From: Dehalococcoidia bacterium
GTDB lineage: Bacteria; Chloroflexota; Dehalococcoidia; UBA2979
Length of the DNA stretch: 63,672 nucleotides
Assembly: GCA_003599735.1 (NCBI GenBank)
Contig: QZJI01000057.1
Span: 1-63,672 of the forward strand
Reading direction: 5' to 3'
Shown here: positions 1-7,761 of the stretch, in pieces
Layout of the letters: each line of letters opens with the position of its first letter
How positions within the stretch are numbered: position 1 is the stretch's first letter
The notes under the pieces: generated by a model
What the model saw: the letters and a program-made list of their open reading frames with translations, nothing else
Told to the model about the DNA's origin: nothing
Database searches by the model: none
Program-made: the position numbers and the translations under genes

Positions 1-542
1 TTCGCGGCATTTAGGGCGGTGCGCGGCGATTTCGGACGCTCTTAGGGCGCAACGACCTCCCGGTAAGTCGTTGTTGGGGCGTTCCTGTGACGTTCGTTTC
101 GTAGCCTTCGCCCGTACGAAGTGCGTTTCGCCGGCATCGCCAGTTCCCAGGAGTAAGAAAGCCGGTTCGGTGACTCACCGAGACACGAAGACGGATCAAC
201 CCACGGGAAACGAGCTGCGCTCTCCGAACGACGGGTCGAACGAGTCAACAGCAAGCAGGTGAATCACAGCGAGGAGGTGTAACTGACGGGACGAACCAGA
301 TGAGTGACCAGTGTGATCGAAGCATCAGGGAGGACGACGAGAACAACGCAATGAGAAGCGGCGCTCGGCATAGCACGCCGCCACGAGCCGGTATGAGCCG
401 ATCCTTACGAGGTCGTTCCATCCCCTCATGTCGCGTGCGACATCGGATGGACGTGCCCCCGTTTGGCCGGCAAGTCACCAATCGAAACCCCGACGGACAC
501 ACGTCCCCGGGGCTGTTCTGTCTCCGGAAGGAGCAACCCGTC

Positions 543-665
543 ATGTCCTTTGAACGACGACGCCGTCCCTACGGGAACGGCACCGCACGACTCGCGCGGA
601 TCGCTGTCGTCCTCGTCTTCGCCGCTTCGATGGCGGCGGTGGTGATGAAGACGATGCCGGCGTAG
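543..665 (+). CDS. Small hypothetical membrane protein (40 aa)
   Basis: ATG preceded by GGAAGGAG. One hydrophobic helix (IAVVLVFAASMAAVVM). No family recognised. Confidence 0.25.
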   Translation: MSFERRRRPYGNGTARLARIAVVLVFAASMAAVVMKTMPA

Positions 666-706
666 CCCCGCTTCGCATCGGAGTGGGCAGTAGGAAGGAA
701 GGATCG

Positions 707-1318
707 ATGGAGACGCGAAGACGGAAGCGGCGGCCGGGAGCCGTCGCACGGATGGCAGCCGCGGTGATGCGCGGCGCGCAGTGGTGTCGCGCTCGGATGG
801 TGAGCGGCTGGCACATGGTCGTGGGGCGGTGCCGGCCGTGGTCGCCGGAGGTGCTGGTCGACGCGAAGCGTGCTCGCGCACGGCGGCTGCGTCGCGCCAT
901 CAGCCGCGGCACGCGGGCGCAGTTCCACGCGCTTGGAGTCGCACCCCCGGCGCACCTGGTGGTGGTCGTGCAACGGGCGGTGAGCGAGGGACGGCCCCTG
1001 GCCGCGCTCTTGCAGGTGTTCGAGGGGGCCGACGGCTCGCGCCGTCACGTCCTCTTCGTCGCGTTGAGCGTGAACGGCGAGCCGGTGAGCGATGGCGAGA
1101 TCGTCGCCACCATCCGTCAGCAGCTCCACCGCATCGTCGGCGACGCCCTTGGCGCGCTGACGCTCACGGTGCCGGTCGCCCCATCGCGGACCCGGCCGGC
1201 CACCGTCACGCCGATCCGGTCGATGGACGAGCCGCCCTACGAGGACGCGCCGCCCCCGGACGACCCGGACTGGCAACACGTAGATGACGGGGCATACCCC
1301 GTCGCAGCGGAAAGGTAG
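707..1318 (+). CDS. Hypothetical protein
   Basis: Same frame as track ORF 683..1318. The internal ATG at 707 is preceded by GGAAGGAAGGA. No recognisable domain. Confidence 0.4.
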   Translation: METRRRKRRPGAVARMAAAVMRGAQWCRARMVSGWHMVVGRCRPWSPEVLVDAKRARARRLRRAISRGTRAQFHALGVAPPAHLVVVVQRAVSEGRPLAALLQVFEGADGSRRHVLFVALSVNGEPVSDGEIVATIRQQLHRIVGDALGALTLTVPVAPSRTRPATVTPIRSMDEPPYEDAPPPDDPDWQHVDDGAYPVAAER

Positions 1319-1326
1319 GCAGGACG

Positions 1327-2301
1327 ATGACCCAGGGATTAGTGCTCACCAGCCTCGGTGAGCTCGAAGGCTTCCGCGACCGCTTCCCGGTCGACACGTC
1401 GCGGGCACTCGTGCCCGTGGCACCCGAACCGACCTCGAACGAACGCATCGGCTGGCTCGCAGAGGCGGCCGAGCGTGCGCTCGACGAGATCCGGGCGCTC
1501 GACGCCGCCGAGCGCGAACAGCGGCAGACGATCGAAGGCCAGTTGGCGCGCTCGCGGCGACTCCGCGAAGACGCCGAACGGCTCGAGGTAGTGGCCGCGC
1601 AACTCCGCGAGGTCGGCGACCGGGCGGGATCGCTCGCCGGGTCGGTGCTCGACGAACGCGCGCAGGCACGCGCCGAGGCGCTCATCCCGACGTGCGGGCA
1701 GCTCGCCACCGAGGCGGACGTCCGGCGCGGACGGCTGATCGCCGAGGCAGCCCGGATCGAGTCGGAGCCGGCGATCGCACGGCTGCTCGACCAGGAGCGC
1801 AGACAGGAAGAGGAACGGAGGGTGCAGGAAACCCTGCGCCGAGTGGAGGTACTGATGGATCAACATGAATACAAAGAGGCCCGGTCGCTGCTCCACGTCT
1901 TGGCAGAAGAGAGCAGTGCGCCGGACCTCAGCGGAACGCTTGAAACGCTACGACTGCGTGAGCAGGCCGTCAAGACTCGAATGGCAGAGTCCGCTCTGCG
2001 CGAGGCGCGACGCTGCTACCGGCGCGAGCCGGTGCAGGCGATCGACCTGCTCGAAGCGCTCGACCTCGATGGTGTGGTCGAGGAGATCGCCCGGCACGTC
2101 TACGGCTGCTGGCTCCACGCCTGCCGCCGGCTGGGCCTGCTCGCGGCGATTCACTACACGCCCGCGTTTGCGAAGGGTGCGGTGCTGATGCCCGCCGAAG
2201 ACGGCCGCTGGGAGGTCGTCTCCGCGCTCGGTCTCAGCCACTGGGAGCGTGGCCGTCGCTTCGCGCCCCAGGCATTGCGAGGCGCCCGCCCGCTGACCTA
2301 G
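1327..2301 (+). CDS. Hypothetical coiled-coil protein (324 aa)
   Basis: RBS-like GGAAAGG upstream. Long Arg/Glu/Ala/Leu-rich helical stretches. A strong hairpin terminator lies just downstream. Confidence 0.55.
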   Translation: MTQGLVLTSLGELEGFRDRFPVDTSRALVPVAPEPTSNERIGWLAEAAERALDEIRALDAAEREQRQTIEGQLARSRRLREDAERLEVVAAQLREVGDRAGSLAGSVLDERAQARAEALIPTCGQLATEADVRRGRLIAEAARIESEPAIARLLDQERRQEEERRVQETLRRVEVLMDQHEYKEARSLLHVLAEESSAPDLSGTLETLRLREQAVKTRMAESALREARRCYRREPVQAIDLLEALDLDGVVEEIARHVYGCWLHACRRLGLLAAIHYTPAFAKGAVLMPAEDGRWEVVSALGLSHWERGRRFAPQALRGARPLT

Positions 2302-2328
2302 TCCAGCCACCTCGCTCCCTCCTCTATC

Positions 2329-2358
2329 GGGGCCGCCTTCGGGCGGCCCCGATTTCGT
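2329..2358 (+). terminator. Intrinsic terminator hairpin
   Basis: Perfect 9-bp GC stem GGGGCCGCC/GGCGGCCCC with a TTCG loop (2329-2350), followed by GATTTCGTG. Confidence 0.55.
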
Positions 2359-2429
2359 GCTGCCCGATCGCGGGAGGAATGCGTGTGCCCCGGCCAACTG
2401 GCAAGGGACCAATCGAAGGAGGAAGGGCC

Positions 2430-2762
2430 GTGGATATCGAAACGTCAAGGAGACCGATCGTGAACGAAGACAGTCGCTACCACCGCGCCGTCCAGGCGGT
2501 TTGGGAGCGGAGTTATCTGCAATGGGAGCAGTGGAGCCTGGCGAAACGCGAGGCAGTGCAGCCGGCGCTGGTTGCACTGGCCTCGTGGCTCACCAACTCA
2601 AACAGCGAGACCGATCTCGTCACCCGCTACATGGATGTGGGCGACGCCCCCGGCGACGTGCTGCGTCCGCTGCTGCCGCCGGCGTTCCCCGAGGAAGACC
2701 TGCTCATCCTCGAGGAAGCGGCGTTCTGCATGCGCCTGTTCGCGCTGCGGCGCAGGGGCTGA
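2430..2762 (+). CDS. Hypothetical protein (110 aa)
   Basis: Same frame as track ORF 2379..2762. GTG at 2430 is preceded by AAGGAGGAAGG. Its stop lies 1 nt before the primase start. Confidence 0.4.
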   Translation: MDIETSRRPIVNEDSRYHRAVQAVWERSYLQWEQWSLAKREAVQPALVALASWLTNSNSETDLVTRYMDVGDAPGDVLRPLLPPAFPEEDLLILEEAAFCMRLFALRRRG

Positions 2763-2763
2763 C

Positions 2764-3858
2764 GTGTACGACCTCGATGCCATCCGCGCTGCGCATCCGA
2801 TCCTGGAGGCGGCGCGCGATGCAGGCCTAGACCTGCGACGCACCGGCCGGCGGCTTGCCGGTCGGTGCCCGTTCCACGAGGACCGCGCACCGAGCCTCGT
2901 GATCTATCCCGACACGGGCAGCTACTTCTGCTACGGCTGCAACGTCGGCGGCGATGTGATCGACTTCGTCGGTCGCCTGCAACGCCTCGGCTTCAAAGAG
3001 ACCGTCGAGCTGCTGTCAGCCTCGGGTGCTGACGGCGCGAACGCGCGACCGCTGCCCGCGAACGTCACGCGGTTCCGGCCGCGCCGTGGGGCTGCACCCG
3101 ACTTGTCGGGTGATGAACGCACGGTCGTCGAGGCGACGGTCGAGCACTACGCGGGGATGCTGACTCGCTATCCCGACGTGCGCTCCTATCTGCTCAACCG
3201 CGGCGTCGCTCTCGATACCGCGCGCCGGCTGCGGCTCGGCTATGGCGGTGGCGGACTCGCACGCCACCTCGTCGACCGAGGCCTGAGCCTCGACACGGCG
3301 CAACGACTCGGACTGCTGTCCGCTGGCCGTGAAGCATTCGCGGGGCGCGTGATCGTTCCCGACCTCGATGCCGGGGGCCGCGCTCGCTGGCTGACGGGAC
3401 GAGCGCTGGGCGACGGCACCCCGCGGTACCTCAACATCCGTGTGGCATCCCCGCTGCTCGGACTGAGCCAGGCACGGCTGGCCGGTAACCGGGCGGTGAT
3501 CGTCACCGAGGGTCCGTTCGACTGGATCACCGCGCGCGGCTGGAGCATCTCGGCCGTTGCGCTGCTCGGCACCCACGGATCGCGTGACGCGCTGCGCGCA
3601 TTGGCGGGCTTCCGGCGCGTGTACCTCGCGCTCGATACCGACGGCCCCGGCCGAGGTGCCGCCCTCACCCTCGCCTCCGACCTCGGATCGCGAGCGACCG
3701 TCGTGGAACTGCCGCGAGGCATCCACGACCTCAACGAGCTCGGACGCCGGCGCGATGGGCGCGCCGTGTTCGTCCGCTCGCTCCACGAAGCCCGCGCACG
3801 GATGGAGGAATCATGGCAGAGCCCGGTGGTCCGCGACCCACGCGACCGAGCAGCCTGA
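2764..3858 (+). CDS. DNA primase (CHC2 zinc finger plus Toprim), mobile-element type
   Basis: CPFHEDRAPSLVIYPDTGSYFCYGCNVGGDVIDFV is a CHC2 zinc finger. Toprim-like VIVTEGPFD and LALDTDGPG follow. GTG start at 2764; the upstream part of track ORF 2572.. is Arg/Cys-rich junk. Confidence 0.85.
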   Translation: MYDLDAIRAAHPILEAARDAGLDLRRTGRRLAGRCPFHEDRAPSLVIYPDTGSYFCYGCNVGGDVIDFVGRLQRLGFKETVELLSASGADGANARPLPANVTRFRPRRGAAPDLSGDERTVVEATVEHYAGMLTRYPDVRSYLLNRGVALDTARRLRLGYGGGGLARHLVDRGLSLDTAQRLGLLSAGREAFAGRVIVPDLDAGGRARWLTGRALGDGTPRYLNIRVASPLLGLSQARLAGNRAVIVTEGPFDWITARGWSISAVALLGTHGSRDALRALAGFRRVYLALDTDGPGRGAALTLASDLGSRATVVELPRGIHDLNELGRRRDGRAVFVRSLHEARARMEESWQSPVVRDPRDRAA

Positions 3859-4487
3859 ACCGCGACGCAAAGCGGCGGCTGCGCGAACCGCTCGACGACC
3901 TGCTGGTTGCCGAGCGCACCAACGATGCCGGCGAAGTCGTCCGCTACCTCGAAGGCTGGCGGGTGATCGAGCAGGCGAACGCGATCTTCGGCGTGGACCG
4001 CTGGGGCGCGGAGGTGATCGGTGAGGTCGCCTACCGCCCGTTCCCGGGTGGCGGCCGCGGTCGCGCACCGGCGGGCGGGCTCTACACGGCGACGGTGCGA
4101 GTGACGGTCGACGGTTGTCTCCCGCACAGCGATGTCGGAGTCGGTGTCCTCGACGAGCACACCGCCGAGGCGCACGCGACCGCGTACAAGACCGCGGTGA
4201 CGGACGCGCTGAAACGCGCACTCCGTCACCTGGGCGACCAGTTCGGGAACCGCCTGTCTGCCGGGGTCGACGACACCGACGGGAGCGAAGGCGCGGTCGA
4301 CGAGTTGCGGCGGCAGGTGATCGCGATCGCCGCCGACGCGGGGACCGATGAGGCCCAGATCCGCGCATGGGTGACGCAGCGTTACGGCCGTCCGCTCGAA
4401 GAGCTCGACGTGCGGTCGTTGCTGCACGCGGTGCGGGCCTGCTCGCGCGCGCTGGAACGCCGCCACGAGCAGGCCCAGGCCGCGTAG
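3813..4487 (+). CDS. Rad52/Rad22-family single-strand annealing protein
   Basis: RYLEGWRVIEQANAIFG..WG, HSDVGVG and AYKTAVTDALKRALRHLGDQFGN match the Rad52/22 pattern. RBS GGAGGAATC precedes the ATG. Confidence 0.7.
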   Translation: MAEPGGPRPTRPSSLNRDAKRRLREPLDDLLVAERTNDAGEVVRYLEGWRVIEQANAIFGVDRWGAEVIGEVAYRPFPGGGRGRAPAGGLYTATVRVTVDGCLPHSDVGVGVLDEHTAEAHATAYKTAVTDALKRALRHLGDQFGNRLSAGVDDTDGSEGAVDELRRQVIAIAADAGTDEAQIRAWVTQRYGRPLEELDVRSLLHAVRACSRALERRHEQAQAA

Positions 4488-4489
4488 GC

Positions 4490-4708
4490 ATGCACCGCTC
4501 GCCCCTCGGCGCCGGGGTACACGTCGTCGAGACGCGCTCCGGCCGCTACCGCGTCGCCCTGATCCCGCTGCCCGCCAGCGCGATCCCGGGGTTCCGCGCC
4601 TCCGCCGTCCAGGCTGTCCGCTCGGACACGCCCGGCCGTGCGATCCGGCTCACGCTCTTCGAGCGCGAGCTGCCGTTCCCGGCACCGGACGACCTCGATG
4701 CCGCGTAA
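4490..4708 (+). CDS. Hypothetical small protein (72 aa)
   Basis: ATG 3 nt after the Rad52-like stop. Overlaps the ArdC start. No domain recognised. Confidence 0.3.
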   Translation: MHRSPLGAGVHVVETRSGRYRVALIPLPASAIPGFRASAVQAVRSDTPGRAIRLTLFERELPFPAPDDLDAA

Positions 4709-5615
4709 GACCGGCATCCGCCCGGATGCGTACGCGGCCGTCACCGACCGCATCATCGACGCGCTCGATCGCGGCACCGTCCCGTGGCGCCGGCCGTGGC
4801 GGGCACGCGGACTGCGCAACGCGATCACGGGGAGGCCGTATCGCGGCATCAACCTGCTGCTGCTCGGTCTCACCGCGCTCGAACGCGGCTTCGACGATCC
4901 GCGCTGGCTCACGTACCGCCAGGCTGACGTCAACGGCGGACACGTCCGCCGCGGCGAGCAGGGCACGCAGGTCGTGCTCTGGAAATGGATCGAGCGCGCC
5001 GATCCCGAGGCGGACGGAGCGGAGCGGCACTACCCGCTGCTCCGCCTGTTCACCGTGTTCAACGTCGCGCAATGCGACGGACTCGCACTCGCTGCGCGGG
5101 AGGAGACCGCGCCAGCCGATCCGCTGGCCGCAGCGGAGGCGATCGTCGCTGGTTACACGGGCGGCCCGCCCGTGCTGCACGACGCGGACTGCGCCTACTA
5201 CATCCCATCGCGGGACGAAGTGCATCTGCCCCCGCGCCCCGCGTTCCATCCGGCGCACGGCTACTACGCGACGCTTTTCCACGAGCTGTCGCACTCCACG
5301 GGACACGCGCTGCGCCTCAACCGCGAGGGCTACCAGGCCGCCGCGCGTTTCGGTTCGGAGACCTATTCACGCGAGGAGCTCGTCGCGGAGTTCGCGGCGG
5401 CGTTCCTCGGCCACGAGGCGGCCATCGACCCGTCCTCGGTCGACCAGTCCGCGGCGTACATCGCGTCGTGGCTGCGCGCTCTGCGCGACGACCGCCGCCT
5501 CGCCGTCGTCGCGGCGGCGCAGGCCCAGCGTGCGGCCGACCACATCCTCGGGCGCGATCCCGAGTCAACCGACGAGACCACGAAACGAGCAAGCGATGAC
5601 GACGGAACGGCATGA
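4698..5615 (+). CDS. ardC: ArdC-like antirestriction protein (ssDNA-binding N-domain plus zincin metallopeptidase)
   Basis: TVPWRRPW, YRGINLLLL, DPRWLTYRQA and the HELSHSTGH (HExxH) motif. Start taken at MPRKTG. Confidence 0.85.
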   Translation: MPRKTGIRPDAYAAVTDRIIDALDRGTVPWRRPWRARGLRNAITGRPYRGINLLLLGLTALERGFDDPRWLTYRQADVNGGHVRRGEQGTQVVLWKWIERADPEADGAERHYPLLRLFTVFNVAQCDGLALAAREETAPADPLAAAEAIVAGYTGGPPVLHDADCAYYIPSRDEVHLPPRPAFHPAHGYYATLFHELSHSTGHALRLNREGYQAAARFGSETYSREELVAEFAAAFLGHEAAIDPSSVDQSAAYIASWLRALRDDRRLAVVAAAQAQRAADHILGRDPESTDETTKRASDDDGTA

Positions 5616-5949
5616 CCTGCCGGCGATCTGCCAGCGGCTGCTGGCATGGGAACAGACGATGGGCGGCTGGGATGCGCCGGTCTGGCGCGATCTCCGCGCC
5701 GCAATGGAGCGGACGAGCGCCCCGCCGACCGCGCCGGTGGTCGGCGACCGCCTCCTCCGGCTGCACATCGAGGGAACGCTCGACGTCCGCATCCCCGAGG
5801 GGATCGAGGAGGACGGCGACGCCTGGGACGACTGGTTGGACGCGGCGATCCAGTCCGCGCTTCTGGACGGTCGGTGGCAGGACTGCACCGGCGTCGATTA
5901 TTCCGAGGTCGGGATCCTGGACGAGCGTGGCGAGGTGCGGCGTGTATAG
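5596..5949 (+). CDS. Small acidic hypothetical protein (117 aa)
   Basis: Same frame as the C-terminal part of track ORF 4726..5949, starting at MTTERH. I counted about 24 D/E against 12 K/R. Overlaps the ArdC stop. Confidence 0.45.
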   Translation: MTTERHDLPAICQRLLAWEQTMGGWDAPVWRDLRAAMERTSAPPTAPVVGDRLLRLHIEGTLDVRIPEGIEEDGDAWDDWLDAAIQSALLDGRWQDCTGVDYSEVGILDERGEVRRV

Positions 5950-6109
5950 CCCGAAGGTCCCGGAGCGCTTCATTCCGGCGCTGTACCAGTTGGGCCGGGC
6001 CCGCGGCCGGCCGATGACGCACCTGATCGCCGAGGCGGTCGAGCGCTACCTCGTCGAGGAGGGCTGGCTCGAACAGGAGCTACACGACGCGGTACGGCCC
6101 GCCGCGTGA
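5942..6109 (+). CDS. Ribbon-helix-helix-like small protein (55 aa)
   Basis: GTG start overlaps the previous stop. The layout (short strand VPERFIPALY, then helices RPMTHLIAEAVERYLVEEGW) resembles CopG/Arc RHH. Confidence 0.35.
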   Translation: MYSPKVPERFIPALYQLGRARGRPMTHLIAEAVERYLVEEGWLEQELHDAVRPAA

Positions 6110-6684
6110 GCACACGACACATCCGTTGCGCGGGCTTCGGCGCCGCCGTCGATGCGTGCGTGACCGACCGCAACGAGCTCTGGTTCGTGTCCATGCTCGG
6201 GAATCAGCAGTCGCTCCGCGCGCTATGGGCGCGATTGCTGAAAGGCGAGCCCGCGGTGATCAGCGATGACGTCTTCACCGGCGGCCACCTCTACACGCTC
6301 GCGCCCGATGCGCGCGCCGTGCTGCGCTTCCATGCAACGCGGCTCCCGGTCACGGGTGCTATGCACGCGCTGCTCGTGCCAGATGCAGCACTCTACGCGA
6401 CCGAGCGACAGGACTTCCTGCTGCTCGCGCGCTCCGAGGCGGAAGCCCCGGACCTCCATTACCGCTTCCTCAGCCGGCGCATCGACCTCCCGCTCCACGC
6501 CTCGTGGACGCGATGGTTGTGGGAGCGCGGTCTCCACAGCGGCGAGGTGCGGCCGCTCGACGCGCTCGGCATCCACGCCTGGCGCTGCATCCCCGATCTC
6601 GACGCGCTGCAACCGGCGCTCGCCCGCGCGCTCCGCGGGCATCGCATCCCGGTGCCCGCGGAGGCATTGGCACACGCAGCATGA
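6106..6684 (+). CDS. Hypothetical protein (192 aa)
   Basis: Start overlaps the RHH stop (GTGA). No domain recognised. Confidence 0.45.
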   Translation: MSTRHIRCAGFGAAVDACVTDRNELWFVSMLGNQQSLRALWARLLKGEPAVISDDVFTGGHLYTLAPDARAVLRFHATRLPVTGAMHALLVPDAALYATERQDFLLLARSEAEAPDLHYRFLSRRIDLPLHASWTRWLWERGLHSGEVRPLDALGIHAWRCIPDLDALQPALARALRGHRIPVPAEALAHAA

Positions 6685-7761
6685 ATGCCGACCTGCTTGT
6701 TCGCGAGGTGCGCTGTGCCGCGCCTTGAATCACTGGCGGTCGGCGGCTACTTCCCGACGTCGCCCGAGGTCGTGGACCGCATCGCAGCGATGATCCATCC
6801 CACCTCGCACGGGGGCCGGGTCGCGGTGCGGCTGCTCGACCCGTGCGCCGGGACCGGAGCGGCGCTGCAGCAGCTCGCCGCGGCGATCGGCGGCGAGACC
6901 TACGGCGTCGAGCTCGAGGCCGACCGCTACGAGGAGGCCGCGCAGCTCCTCGACCACGCACTCCCGGGCAGCGCGTTCAGCGCCCGCATCGAGGAAGGCG
7001 CGTTCTCGTGCCTCTTCCTCAACCCGCCGTACGACCTCGACATGGAGGCGCGACGGCTGGAGCACACGTTCCTCACCGGCATGACGAAGCTGCTCCGCCC
7101 CGGCGGGCTGCTGATCTACATCGTGCCGCAGCGCAGACTCGCGACGTCGGCCCGCTACCTGGCGAGTCACTACCAGGACCTCGCCTGCTGGCGGTTCCCC
7201 GACGGCCTGTTCGAGACGTTCGAGCAGGTCGTGGTCGTCGGGGCTCGACGCGAGCAGCCGGTCTCGGACGGCGCTACGCGCGCGACGGTCGAGGCTTGGG
7301 CACTCGAGCCGCTGCCGCCGCTCCCCGACACGGGTGAGACGCGCCAGCAGCGCGCGCTGCCGGTGCTCCCGGCCGGTGACGTGCTGTTCACGTCGTTCAC
7401 GTTCGACCCGGACGAGGCGGCGAGCGAAGCGCGTCGCTCCGGTGTGTGGACGCACGCGGCGCTGATCGAGCGGCTCTGGCCGCCCGAGGAGCGGCGGGTG
7501 CGCCCGCTGATGCCGTTGCGACGCGGACACCTCGCGGTGATGGTCGCAGCCGGGTTCCTGGACAGCCTCGTCCTCGAGTCCGGTCAGCGGCGGCTGCTCG
7601 TGAAGGGACGGACGTACAAGGTCTCTGTCCCCGTCTACTCGCCGGACCCCGAGGTCGAGGTGGAGCGCGAGGTGCTGCGCACCTCCGTGACGGTGCTCGA
7701 CCTGCGCACCGGCGACGTTGAGGTGATCGACACGGGCGCCGGGGACGCACACCGCGCGTGA
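6685..7761 (+). CDS. SAM-dependent DNA methyltransferase (N6-adenine/N4-cytosine type, DUF6094-like orphan MTase)
   Basis: Motif I LLDPCAGTGAAL and motif IV FLNPPYD. The N-terminal GGYFPTSPEVV is typical of the plasmid/ICE orphan MTase family. Confidence 0.8.
   Translation: MPTCLFARCAVPRLESLAVGGYFPTSPEVVDRIAAMIHPTSHGGRVAVRLLDPCAGTGAALQQLAAAIGGETYGVELEADRYEEAAQLLDHALPGSAFSARIEEGAFSCLFLNPPYDLDMEARRLEHTFLTGMTKLLRPGGLLIYIVPQRRLATSARYLASHYQDLACWRFPDGLFETFEQVVVVGARREQPVSDGATRATVEAWALEPLPPLPDTGETRQQRALPVLPAGDVLFTSFTFDPDEAASEARRSGVWTHAALIERLWPPEERRVRPLMPLRRGHLAVMVAAGFLDSLVLESGQRRLLVKGRTYKVSVPVYSPDPEVEVEREVLRTSVTVLDLRTGDVEVIDTGAGDAHRA

Noticed and set aside
3240-4466. Long antisense or alternate-frame ORFs. 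Examples: 3240..4466(-) 408 aa, 569..1279(-), 4726..5949(+) N-terminal part, 33062..34591(-) 509 aa, 53832..55367(-) 511 aa, 59152..60435(-) 427 aa.
   Set aside because: These are typical high-GC shadow ORFs. They are Arg/Pro/Ala/Gly-rich with no motifs, and each fully overlaps a gene with clear family signatures on the other strand or frame.
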